Source of the DNA: a virus
Taxonomy: Duplodnaviria > Caudoviricetes
Reading direction: 5' to 3' (one strand)
DNA length: 64,000 nucleotides
Virus record (IMG/VR): IMGVR_UViG_3300017716_001697
Span: 256,001-320,000 of that record
Part shown: positions 9,239 to 18,254 of the stretch, piece by piece
Layout of the letters: each line of letters starts with the position of its first letter
Numbering within the stretch: the first letter of the stretch is position 1
Notes under the pieces: generated by a model
Seen by the model: the letters and a program-made list of their open reading frames with translations, nothing else
Databases searched by the model: none
Told to the model about the DNA's origin: nothing
Position numbers and translations under genes: made by a program

Positions 9239-9400
9239 GCCCCTTTAGTTCAGCGGTCTAGAACGTCAGGCGAGGTGTTGATATACTAGTCAATACGCAT
9301 CAATGACATTGGGATTAACATTGCAGTGATCGGCCGGTTGCTGTGGTGCCTAGTGTGGTAAAGCTTGAAGACACTGGTTCGAATCCAGGGTGGGGTACCA
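9239..9400 (+). tRNA. tRNA-like RNA with 93-nt insertion in place of the anticodon loop (identity unassignable)
   Basis: acceptor GCCCCTT/GTGGGGT, D arm GTTC..GAAC, anticodon stem TCAGG/CTTGA, T loop GGTTCGAATCC, encoded ACCA end. Confidence 0.7.
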
Positions 9401-9438
9401 ATTGATAAATATGAACATACAGCTACACAGGAGTTCGT

Positions 9439-9660
9439 ATGTTACATATCATAGCAACTATCATAATCGGATTGATTTTCTGGCGTGCAGTCTTCTGGAC
9501 ACAAGAGAAATTGATGGTTTGGTTAGAAGAATCAGAGACAAAGGTCGTGGCAGGTAACGATAGAGTCCGAGAGTGTGCATGGTGGGCTGCAATTGGAGTT
9601 ATAGGTGTGTTTACAGTAGTGGCACACATGCTAACACAGTTGCTCATTTTTGCCTTATAA
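9439..9660 (+). CDS. small membrane protein
   Basis: two hydrophobic segments; SD aggag; GATAAATA at 9404. Confidence 0.6.
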   Translation: MLHIIATIIIGLIFWRAVFWTQEKLMVWLEESETKVVAGNDRVRECAWWAAIGVIGVFTVVAHMLTQLLIFAL

Positions 9661-9825
9661 ATCCACCTGATTTCGGTCTAAAAACAACTATACCAGACGA
9701 GTATAGTACACAAACATCTCACCTGAATTCACATAGCAAAATAACAAAGATAATTCTGAAAGATGGATTGACCTTTGTGCGTAAGTAATGTACACTATAC
9801 GCATATACACAAACAAGAGCCTAAC

Positions 9826-10062
9826 ATGCTTATTACGAAAACAATGGTGGAAACAGCGATGTGTCTACTTCCGCAAACTATCATTAACGCTTTCACCCGT
9901 AGTGGTTATTACGGTGAAATCATCCTTACTGCACAATTTAAGGGCATGACTACTACCGGTAAATTTGCGTACTGGGTAACATTCGGTGGCGACGATAACT
10001 GCGAGCCTGTTATGTGTTATGTATGTTTCAATGATGCAGGGGAATTTCTGGCAGACTATTGA
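9826..10062 (+). CDS. hypothetical protein
   Basis: ORF after leader-like sequence. Confidence 0.55.
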   Translation: MLITKTMVETAMCLLPQTIINAFTRSGYYGEIILTAQFKGMTTTGKFAYWVTFGGDDNCEPVMCYVCFNDAGEFLADY

Positions 10063-10112
10063 CAGGTTCCATCCTACACAGTATAATACATTAACGCAAC
10101 AAGGAGCACACA

Positions 10113-10505
10113 ATGCCCGCAAAACGTGATTTGTCAGACGTGTTAGCACAGTACATGGATGAGAACAAGATGCATTGTATGGAAGGCGTGCGGGGTGTTA
10201 ACGCCTTCGAGAAATTAGCACGCGCATTAGGCTACGACGGCAGCTGGAGCGCCAGCACATTGCACGCATTCCTGGAAGACAATTCTGGATGCATTGAAGC
10301 AATGATTGAATGGATTGGAAGCCGAAACAACCCGGATTGGAAGGCAGCTCTCGAATCCCAGATCTCGGATCCCGCCGCAGAGGAGCCCGAGAACGATGAC
10401 ACCTCGGAAGGGCCTGTGACTGACATCGACGGTGAACTCGAGGATGGGGAGATCGTTCTCGAGAATTTCGCAGGGAACACCCTGACTTTCAACAAGGCAC
10501 GATAA
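10113..10505 (+). CDS. hypothetical protein with acidic C-terminus
   Basis: promoter cassette with SD. Confidence 0.7.
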   Translation: MPAKRDLSDVLAQYMDENKMHCMEGVRGVNAFEKLARALGYDGSWSASTLHAFLEDNSGCIEAMIEWIGSRNNPDWKAALESQISDPAAEEPENDDTSEGPVTDIDGELEDGEIVLENFAGNTLTFNKAR

Positions 10506-10876
10506 CAGTAGACAACTGGTTCCAACTGCGTTATAATAGCACATCGCAACAAGGAGTACACAATGATTAAGTCTCAAAGTGATTCGGGCAAGTTTCGCAC
10601 AGCACTAAAGCGTGCAGGCTTTAATAATGATGGCCAAATCTTCAGCGACCCGCGCAAGAATACGCGCCGGTTGAAGATGTGGTTTGCTTCAGTTGTATTC
10701 GAATCCTCACCAAAGCAGCAACAGGTGCTGGAAAAATCCCTGAAGGAACTGTTCGGCGATCGCTACCTCACTGGGTACTTTATCCAACGCAGGTACTGGA
10801 CAGGCAACGGCAAGGCACTTTGCATCCGCCTGGCAAAGAAATAACAGTAGACAACTGGTTCCAACTGCGTTATAAT
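10502..10876 (+). repeat. 36-bp perfect direct repeat (10502-10537, 10841-10876)
   Basis: ataacagtagacaactggttccaactgcgttataat occurs twice, flanking one ORF. Confidence 0.9.
10563..10844 (+). CDS. basic hypothetical protein
   Basis: promoter cassette with SD. Confidence 0.7.
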   Translation: MIKSQSDSGKFRTALKRAGFNNDGQIFSDPRKNTRRLKMWFASVVFESSPKQQQVLEKSLKELFGDRYLTGYFIQRRYWTGNGKALCIRLAKK

Positions 10877-11018
10877 TAACGCTTAACAACAAGGAGTAGA
10901 TGATGAGTCAACGTAAGAACAAGCGCCGGATCTGTAACGCTGTCTGGGACATCAAGGTTGTCCCACAGTGGTTCAAGACAGGCTGCGGCCTCTAATCCCA
11001 CAACTACAGGAGTATAGC

Positions 11019-11222
11019 ATGACACTTGCAGCATCTGGCTACGCAACGAAGAAGGACCTCAAGGCTAGCGTTGGCAAGCCCTTGGGCTACAACGAGACAA
11101 GCTTGTTCGGTGCCGAGTACAAGCGGGACGGCGAGTTCTGCGTTGTGGGCCCCAGTGCAACCCAGCGTAAGTGGTTCGCAACTGTGAAGATGGTTGACGG
11201 CAAGATTGCGAAAGTTTCGTAA
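11019..11222 (+). CDS. hypothetical protein
   Basis: SD caggag before ATG 11019. Confidence 0.65.
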   Translation: MTLAASGYATKKDLKASVGKPLGYNETSLFGAEYKRDGEFCVVGPSATQRKWFATVKMVDGKIAKVS

Positions 11223-11287
11223 AGTGGATTGACAGGGACTAACCTCCCTGTTACAATATACACATCGCAACAGACAAAGGGACACAA

Positions 11288-11584
11288 ATGCAAGCAGGCA
11301 ATACATTGCAGGTTCGTGCAGCAATCAATGCAGCATTCGACGAACTGAAGCACCACAAGCGGCGCACATGGACTGACCAGGTTAAGTGGGGTCGATTTGA
11401 TGGACCCTCGCGTGTTGTCACATACCAGACAGTCTATGCATCCGAGATTGCTGCTGTAGCCCAAAAGAATTTGCAGCTGGCCGGATTCGACAATGAAGTC
11501 CGTGTTACTGATACTGATGCTTGCTTGCCAGGGCGGTGCGGGCCCGGTGGGCCATATATTCGAGTCAATACTTTTATAGCATAA
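11288..11584 (+). CDS. hypothetical protein
   Basis: promoter cassette with SD. Confidence 0.65.
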   Translation: MQAGNTLQVRAAINAAFDELKHHKRRTWTDQVKWGRFDGPSRVVTYQTVYASEIAAVAQKNLQLAGFDNEVRVTDTDACLPGRCGPGGPYIRVNTFIA

Positions 11585-11644
11585 ATGGGTTGACAGGCCG
11601 GTTCCTGTGCGTTATAATAAACATATAGCAACAAAGGAAGTATT

Positions 11645-11947
11645 ATGTTACTTACAACGCACACTGTCAAGACTAACGTGTTCACACACGACAAGGCAAT
11701 CAAGCGGTTCGTAGCGGAGATGAGCGACCTGGGTCACATCAACTTCCTCCCACTGTACGACGATGCATGTGACGTAGGACTTGCGCTGGTTAGCTCAAAG
11801 ACCCTCGCTACTAGCCGCTGGCACTTGGTAGAGACATCCCGAGACAACGATCAAGACATCACTGCGTGGGTATTGCATCCCACAGCCGGTACACTGCGCT
11901 ATTTCCCCAAGCTGGCAGGTTATCAAATGTTTATTCTTAATGATTGA
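11645..11947 (+). CDS. hypothetical protein
   Basis: promoter cassette with SD. Confidence 0.65.
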   Translation: MLLTTHTVKTNVFTHDKAIKRFVAEMSDLGHINFLPLYDDACDVGLALVSSKTLATSRWHLVETSRDNDQDITAWVLHPTAGTLRYFPKLAGYQMFILND

Positions 11948-11997
11948 CTAGGTAGTCTTTCATTGTTATAATACATACAAGCAACAAAGGAATCAAC

Positions 11998-12216
11998 ATG
12001 CGTACAGAGATGGGCGAAGTGGTGCAACACGTTAACAAGAAGTGGAGCGTAAGCTTTACCACATACCGTGGTGTGCCGGGTAACGAGTACATTGCTAACA
12101 CCTGCACCAGTGCCCCTGTGTGGTCCACAGAAGACCTTGCGTACAACGCAGGGGAACGTGCACTGAACATCCTCGAAGCTACTGACAAGTGGCCCAACAT
12201 GTGTGAGGTGTGGTAA
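11998..12216 (+). CDS. hypothetical protein
   Basis: promoter cassette with SD. Confidence 0.65.
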   Translation: MRTEMGEVVQHVNKKWSVSFTTYRGVPGNEYIANTCTSAPVWSTEDLAYNAGERALNILEATDKWPNMCEVW

Positions 12217-12364
12217 TGAAGGGGCTCTGTCTGTTCATTGCAGGTATTCAGATTGCGCAAACAGGGCATCCTGTATTTGGAATTATTTGCGTACTGATTG
12301 CTATACTGGGTTGACAATCGGTTCCAACTGCGCTATAATAAACACATAGCAACAAAGGAAGTAT

Positions 12365-12760
12365 ATGACACTGCTGAACGACATGCACACAGATTGGAAC
12401 GTTAAGGACAACGACACCCGGCCTGCTATTACTACATTGCACACAAGCGGGCAAGGATACTGGTCAGACATTGCTAAGCCTGTGGGTATTACAGAGCTCA
12501 AATTGGGCTATGTCAACGACGAAGCTACATTCGGAGAGCTGTGCGTACACTTTAACACAGACACGTGGCGCCCAGACCGCGACGGATTGATCTACACTGA
12601 CAAGGGATTCGATGTTGGGCTTAATGCGTATCTGGGAAGCCTCGGACTCCCCTTTGCAGACGTTGACTACAGCGAGCAAGGCATGCAAGGCGACAACTAT
12701 GTTAGCTTTGATGTAGGGGAAGAATTCCTTACTGCATGGTACGCAAAATATCCCAAATAA
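12365..12760 (+). CDS. hypothetical protein
   Basis: promoter cassette with SD. Confidence 0.7.
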   Translation: MTLLNDMHTDWNVKDNDTRPAITTLHTSGQGYWSDIAKPVGITELKLGYVNDEATFGELCVHFNTDTWRPDRDGLIYTDKGFDVGLNAYLGSLGLPFADVDYSEQGMQGDNYVSFDVGEEFLTAWYAKYPK

Positions 12761-12822
12761 AGGGATTGACAGGATGGTTCCTATGCGTTATAATACACGC
12801 ATAGGAACACAAAGGACACATC

Positions 12823-13119
12823 ATGCTTAATCCAATTATTACTGCAATCAGCGGCCAGGTTCGTCATCCCTTTGCAGGCGGTAAGAAGAAAGCGACTGTT
12901 ACTAAGAAGCACCGCAAGCTCATTTGGGAATGCATGCTGGGTACCGTGTATGCTGCAGACCCCACAGACAAGGGTAACACTGAGGGCAAGTACTTTGACT
13001 ACGACTACAGTGCCGCACACGCCCACGCTAAGGTAGCACAATGCACTGATCTGCGTATCTGCAAGCCACGTGGCTATCGCAAGGTTGCACTGTACGGAAT
13101 TCCACCTGCTGCGAAATAG
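12823..13119 (+). CDS. basic hypothetical protein
   Basis: promoter cassette with SD. Confidence 0.65.
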   Translation: MLNPIITAISGQVRHPFAGGKKKATVTKKHRKLIWECMLGTVYAADPTDKGNTEGKYFDYDYSAAHAHAKVAQCTDLRICKPRGYRKVALYGIPPAAK

Positions 13120-13184
13120 TAGTAGACAGCGGAACCGGTTTGCGTTATAATCAATACATAGCAACAAACAGTAGAAAGCAGCAA

Positions 13185-14021
13185 ATGACTACACCGCAGC
13201 AACAAGTTTTGGATAAGTGCAAAGCAGTACTAGCAACTGCAAGTGCATTGTACAGCATGGATCTGTCCCATGTGTCAATCCGCTTCGATCTTAAAGGTCG
13301 TGCAGCAGGTATGGCATGCCAGCGTGGTGCACAAATGTACATGCGCTTCAACCGCGACATGCTTACACGTGAGGCATTCGACCACGTAATCAACAACACT
13401 GTGCCGCATGAAATTGCACACATTGTCTGCTTCAAGAACCCCTCGCTGGGTCGCGGACACGACAGCGGCTGGGAGCGTGTTTGTGTGAGGCTTGGCGGCA
13501 GTGGTGCTACACGGCACAAAGAAGATGTGGTGTACGGTAAGGGTACCACATACGAATACACAACCACAACGGGTCACAAGGTTCGGTTGTCTGAGCAGCG
13601 TCACAGGGGAATCCAAAGCGGCAATGCTATCCGTTGGAAACACGGTATGGGTATCACCAACCAGACATGTGCATACAGCATCGTCGGCATTCAAGGTCGC
13701 ACATTGGCAACACCAATTGTTAAGAAGGAAGCCAACCACCCTGCAGTAATCGAAGCAGCGGTCCGTGCACCAGTAGCACCCATTGTGCAGCAAGCACGCA
13801 CCAGTTTCACAATCGGCACAGCACCCGTGACACCCAAGCCAACGTTTGCTGCAGGTGTAAGCAAAGCGGCTGTGGCACGTGCGATCATGCTTGCAGGACG
13901 TACACAAGGGCAGACACATGACGCAATGATTGCAGCGATCATGCTTGCAACAGGGCATGACAGGCAGTTGGCACGTGCTACGTTTAAAGCCAACGCTGCC
14001 AAAGTGGGTATCACACTGTAA
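13185..14021 (+). CDS. SprT-like zinc metalloprotease with helical C-terminal domain
   Basis: FDLKGRAAG, TVPHEIAH (HExxH), HDSGWERVC. Confidence 0.8.
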   Translation: MTTPQQQVLDKCKAVLATASALYSMDLSHVSIRFDLKGRAAGMACQRGAQMYMRFNRDMLTREAFDHVINNTVPHEIAHIVCFKNPSLGRGHDSGWERVCVRLGGSGATRHKEDVVYGKGTTYEYTTTTGHKVRLSEQRHRGIQSGNAIRWKHGMGITNQTCAYSIVGIQGRTLATPIVKKEANHPAVIEAAVRAPVAPIVQQARTSFTIGTAPVTPKPTFAAGVSKAAVARAIMLAGRTQGQTHDAMIAAIMLATGHDRQLARATFKANAAKVGITL

Positions 14022-14096
14022 ACAAGAATGCAAAATAAAGGGGCCATGTGCCCCTTTCCTGTGTTATAATCAATACATCGCAACAAGGAGTATAGC

Positions 14097-14306
14097 ATGC
14101 AATGGGACTTGGCAGGACTGCATATTGAAGCAACTTACCTTGAGCATGCTGTAGCGGGCAAGGTGGAGTCTAGTCGTGTAGCATACGGAGGACGTGTTAT
14201 GCACACGGTTGTGCTGGACAAACCATTGTTGTTTGTGTGGAGTACAGAGCCGCGTGCTCGCTGCATTGTAGAGCATCAAGAGGTCACTAAAGTAAGTTCT
14301 TCATAG
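14097..14306 (+). CDS. hypothetical protein
   Basis: promoter cassette with SD. Confidence 0.65.
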   Translation: MQWDLAGLHIEATYLEHAVAGKVESSRVAYGGRVMHTVVLDKPLLFVWSTEPRARCIVEHQEVTKVSSS

Positions 14307-14313
14307 GTGCATT

Positions 14314-14517
14314 ATGTACATACTACGATTTCAATCACTTGTCAATAGCGGCCGTGGCTTCACATTCGATTGTGATAAGGATGGAGTAGTAGATGTAGAC
14401 AGCATGTCCGAGCAACTGTATAACAGCTATGTGGCAGTATGGCGTGCCGTGGGCATCGATTATGCTATGCCAATTATTGAACAGACTGGTTGTCCTTTGG
14501 AAGTAAATCGGGTATAA
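14314..14517 (+). CDS. hypothetical protein
   Basis: ORF following previous gene. Confidence 0.5.
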   Translation: MYILRFQSLVNSGRGFTFDCDKDGVVDVDSMSEQLYNSYVAVWRAVGIDYAMPIIEQTGCPLEVNRV

Positions 14518-14523
14518 TACATT

Positions 14524-14772
14524 ATGATTACACATACATTACACAAAGACATTGTATATTCTGACAACAGTCGCATCCCTGTTGTAGTTGAGCCATGCCT
14601 TGTTGGCTGCGAAGTACGCGCCATGGGGCAGGAGTATCGCGTGGCGTGGGACGATATCCCAGACATGGAGAAACTGGCAACAATCTTCGAAGACAGCACA
14701 GTGCGAGTCTTCAAGGTTATCGTAGAACTGCTGGGTCATGCTTATCGCAACAAAGAGTTGTACGTCGAATGA
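14524..14772 (+). CDS. hypothetical protein
   Basis: ORF after a TATAAT. Confidence 0.55.
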   Translation: MITHTLHKDIVYSDNSRIPVVVEPCLVGCEVRAMGQEYRVAWDDIPDMEKLATIFEDSTVRVFKVIVELLGHAYRNKELYVE

Positions 14773-15014
14773 AATTCATACTGGCTATCTACGCTATCCT
14801 AGGTATTGCAGGGCTGTTCACTGCACACCTAGGTGTCTCTTTGCTGTGTGTACTGTGCATGGCATTCTTCTATTGGGCTGACAAGGAGATGGATAAGCAA
14901 CCTAGGCCTCCAATGACATTGAAGAGCACATTGGATGCATTGGATGAGTATTGCTGCGAGTGTTGCAATCCTAATTCTCCAAGACAGGTTTCCTTTTCAG
15001 ATTCCAAATTCTAA
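14769..15014 (+). CDS. small membrane protein
   Basis: ATGA overlap; hydrophobic N-half. Confidence 0.55.
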   Translation: MKFILAIYAILGIAGLFTAHLGVSLLCVLCMAFFYWADKEMDKQPRPPMTLKSTLDALDEYCCECCNPNSPRQVSFSDSKF

Positions 15015-15309
15015 ATTACATTCCTACGGCAGGTTCTCGGTTAGTATGCTGATCGATCGTTGACTTCTGTGCCGAGGTGTGCTATACTACGACTATGGAT
15101 TATTACGCAATCGTCTTATCGCCTGAACAGAAAGAACTCGTAGTGCGAGCAGTTGAAGTCTTCTCGCAGTTAACAGTCGGGCAGACTTTTGATCAACGCG
15201 AGGACGCCCGTAAGCTGGCACCGTTGCTACACAAGATGCATCAGCACGGCACTAACGATTTAAGCAAGCAATGATATACTCTACGCGGGGTTTGTGAAGG
15301 TAGGGTCAC

Positions 15310-15790
15310 TATAAATACAGAACACATTCAACGGTATGCTACCGCGCCTCCGGTCGCCGAGTAGCCGCTACGGTCGTTGAAGAGTGGCAGCAAGTCTATT
15401 ATGCGTAACATATGGTTAGTACCAGCGCCCACTAATAGCGTTGCTTTATAGATAATCTGATATGCTTTCACGCCGACGCATTGGCATGCAATCCCGACTA
15501 TCAGATTACCTTTTCAGATTAGGATCTGAAATTGACCTTCCTAGAGCCCGGTTGAATCTAAAAGACGCGACATACGCAGCATTTCCTGATTGTCTCGGGT
15601 GTTCAGGGCCCAGTTCAGCTCTGTGGCCTGCACGGTGTGCCCCATCTCGGATAGCTTCTCCCTGACCGCATGGCCCCACGCCGAGGATGGTAAATGCACA
15701 TGCGTATTGCCGTCGACTAAGTAAACTGTGACCATAAACCCTCCTGTTTCCGTGGCACAAGGGGCCTAAGCCCCTGTGTAGTGCATTGTA
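15310..15790 (+). ncRNA. candidate ~450-nt structured RNA behind a TATAAATA (T4-late-type) promoter
   Basis: TATAAATA 15310-17; helices 15327-33/15375-81, 15453-62/15499-508, 15513-19/15524-30; crossing helices 15603-08/15660-65 and 15642-50/15681-90. Confidence 0.5.
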
Positions 15791-15794
15791 GCAC

Positions 15795-16217
15795 TTATTT
15801 CCAGTACAGTGTTGCCTTTTTTGCGGCTTTTGCACGAGCAACCAGCGCAGTTGCATCTTCAAAGCTCATGTTCTCTGCGACAACAGTGCCGTCTGCTTTC
15901 TTGCACACGGTAAACACTGTCTGCTCCGGCACAACAACTTCGGCAGCAGCAACAGCAGCTACCTTGGGCTTGCGTCCGCCCTTCTTGTCTTCTGCACGAC
16001 CCAAGCCTTCCAACTGTGCAGCAAGCACGGGGTCCTTCTTGGCTTCCTTGAACGCATGGTTGTAATGCGTTGCGGCTGATGCAAGGCTAATGTCAAATTC
16101 AGTCATTGCGTAGCCGATAACTTCTGCACGGAAGCGTGTGTTGCCAAGCTCTGCACGCTTTGGCATGAGAGTGACGAACTGGTGATTGACGTTAACGCGG
16201 ATGCCTTTGTCTGCCAT
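15795..16217 (-). CDS. Ala/Lys-rich hypothetical protein, paralogue of 8612-9061
   Basis: SD aaggag before ATG 16217; two tandem sigma70 promoters upstream on minus strand. Confidence 0.75.
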   Translation of the reverse strand: MADKGIRVNVNHQFVTLMPKRAELGNTRFRAEVIGYAMTEFDISLASAATHYNHAFKEAKKDPVLAAQLEGLGRAEDKKGGRKPKVAAVAAAEVVVPEQTVFTVCKKADGTVVAENMSFEDATALVARAKAAKKATLYWK

Positions 16218-16375
16218 GATAAACTCCTTAGTGTGTTGCGGTAAGTGTATTGTACTGCGAAACAGTTCCAATGTCAACAACTTTTGCAACTTTATTTTGC
16301 TTTGTTGTTGATGTTGTAGTGTTCTGCATGTATTGATTATATGACGGAATTGTGCTCCAGTCAACAACTATTTCA

Positions 16376-16459
16376 ACTGTTACATCTTGTTACATCTCCG
16401 ACCCTCTGTACAGTCTCGGACCTGTTAATCAGTGGCCTTGATCATGCCTTGCGAGGCTT
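16376..16459 (-). repeat. conserved upstream element shared (inverted) with 21262-21335
   Basis: identical 19-mer tgtaacaagatgtaacagt and 16-mer gatcaaggccactgat, plus a similar gcct..aggc hairpin. Confidence 0.85.
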
Positions 16460-16523
16460 AAAATAAAGGTAGACACAGGAACCGTTCTTCGTTATAATTA
16501 ATACATCGCAACAAGGAACTAAT

Positions 16524-16697
16524 ATGCTTACAAGGTCAGAACGCAAATCGATGGCAAGTGACATTATCTCGGCCATGCGTGACGCATATGAACAGGAAGG
16601 CGTAGAGGGGGACTTTGACGACGGATATCGCCATCTCTCGGAGGATGCCACCGACGGCGAGTTGCAAGCAGACTACGACAAGTGGTGTACAAAATAA
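16524..16697 (+). CDS. acidic hypothetical protein (57 aa)
   Basis: read manually; promoter cassette with SD. Confidence 0.6.
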   Translation: MLTRSERKSMASDIISAMRDAYEQEGVEGDFDDGYRHLSEDATDGELQADYDKWCTK

Positions 16698-16754
16698 CAG
16701 TAGACAGCAGCATCCAATGCTGCTACAATAACACATCGCAACAAGGAGCACACG

Positions 16755-16952
16755 ATGGCCCGCACACCAGCAGAACGTATGGCAGAAGCAGCACGCTACA
16801 AACAGCTCACGGAGGAGGCTACAAAGCCCGCACAGCCGTCGCAGCAGCATCCTGCAGGGTACTACAGCAACCAGCGCATTACGCAGCGTAACGGTGGTGT
16901 ACGCCCTCTGTTCGTACGTGATATCGGCGGGTGCAGCGACAACTATCGCTGA
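16755..16952 (+). CDS. hypothetical protein
   Basis: promoter cassette with SD. Confidence 0.6.
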   Translation: MARTPAERMAEAARYKQLTEEATKPAQPSQQHPAGYYSNQRITQRNGGVRPLFVRDIGGCSDNYR

Positions 16953-17025
16953 GGCTTAGGCCAAATAAGTGTTGACATTCTGTTTCTTTAACGTTATAAT
17001 AAACACATAGCAACAAAGGAACTGT

Positions 17026-17235
17026 ATGTCACAACCGACAACTATTGCACAATTCGCAGAAGCTTGCAAGACGCTAACAAGTGATGAAGTGTTTGAATTC
17101 TTCGAATTCGAAATCAGTGATGCACTTCGCGATGAGATCTATAGCATGTCTCGCACATCTAGTCACGAACCATGTCGTGATGCACTCGAACAAATCGGTA
17201 AGCAGTTCAACGTTCAAAGTTTAATTGATTATTGA
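17026..17235 (+). CDS. hypothetical protein, tandem paralogue A
   Basis: FA.ACK.LTSDE...FEF.IS..LRD shared with next ORF. Confidence 0.75.
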   Translation: MSQPTTIAQFAEACKTLTSDEVFEFFEFEISDALRDEIYSMSRTSSHEPCRDALEQIGKQFNVQSLIDY

Positions 17236-17298
17236 AAATAATTGTTGACACAGTGTTTCGTTGTCGTTATAATAAACACATAGCAACAAAGGAACATC

Positions 17299-17499
17299 AT
17301 GCAAACTGTACAAGATTTCGCACTAGCTTGCAAGCATCTGACAAGCGATGAGATCTACGACTTGTTCGAGTTTGATATCTCGCAGGAGTTGCGTGACACA
17401 ATCTACGCAGAAGCCGAGATTGACAGTGCAGAACCTGTGCGTGACGCATTCAACAAGATTGGCGTGCGCTACAGTGTGCAAACGCTTGCAGATTATTGA
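17299..17499 (+). CDS. hypothetical protein, tandem paralogue B
   Basis: same motif as 17026-17235. Confidence 0.75.
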   Translation: MQTVQDFALACKHLTSDEIYDLFEFDISQELRDTIYAEAEIDSAEPVRDAFNKIGVRYSVQTLADY

Positions 17500-17559
17500 A
17501 AATAATTGTAGCACAGCTTCAAAACTGTGCTATAATTGTTGCAACAGAAGGAGTATACA

Positions 17560-17838
17560 ATGGCTAGCATCACAAAGGTAGACAAGTTGCGCATTGCAAC
17601 AGCGCTCAATAGCGAATTGATTGCGTTCGTTAATGACGGCGTGACGGCTGGTGACGGTGCACGCATTACCGTCACCAGCAATAAACTACAGCATCCTCGT
17701 GTAGATAAGAGCTGGGCGCGCAGTGCACTCGAGAGCCGGGCACTCGAACGCATCACAACTATCCGGCAGATATATGGAAGTTCTGGCGGCACCAAGCTAG
17801 GCCCGCGCCCGAAACTGCGAGATTACGTATCAAAATAA
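17560..17838 (+). CDS. hypothetical protein
   Basis: SD aaggag before ATG 17560. Confidence 0.65.
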   Translation: MASITKVDKLRIATALNSELIAFVNDGVTAGDGARITVTSNKLQHPRVDKSWARSALESRALERITTIRQIYGSSGGTKLGPRPKLRDYVSK

Positions 17839-17889
17839 GATGTAACAGTGGTTGCATTAAGTTGAAATCACTGTTACAATAACTACATA

Positions 17890-18240
17890 GCAAATTAACA
17901 AGGACACTTGTTTCTAATTCTACAGCTAGTTCCGCATCGTTTTGGGGCTGTTCAAATAATGAAAACTATGCAAGCAGGGTACTGCCGATAGTGTAGCACG
18001 TTACTGGTGCTGATGCTATCGAGAGTGCGCTGGAGTAGGTGAAGGCCTACTGTAACATCGGCCATAGAAGAGACCGTGTTACATTGACAAATCGTGGTCG
18101 CCAGCAAACTCTCCATGTAAGTGCTGTGCGCTTTGTGGGGCATGCGGATAGTGGAGAAAGCGAGTAAGGGCTGCATTAACTTTTGTCTGCCTGAGGACTA
18201 CGCTAAAGCCACCTAGCAAAAAGATCGGTGCCCCACTTTT
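17890..18240 (+). ncRNA. candidate structured RNA or long 5' leader
   Basis: follows a cassette promoter with no sizeable ORF; helices 18034-39/18046-51, 18051-57/18077-83, 18135-43/18228-36. Confidence 0.4.
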
Positions 18241-18254
18241 TTATTGAGGATAAG

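Noticed and set aside
9239-9400. tmRNA
   Set aside because: It has a full D arm, no G3.U70 alanine identity pair and no tag ORF, and it is far shorter than known tmRNAs.
15462-15862. ORFs 15462-15665 (+), 15506-15862 (-) and 15541-15735 (-)
   Set aside because: No SD or cassette promoter, mutually overlapping, and inside a densely base-paired segment.
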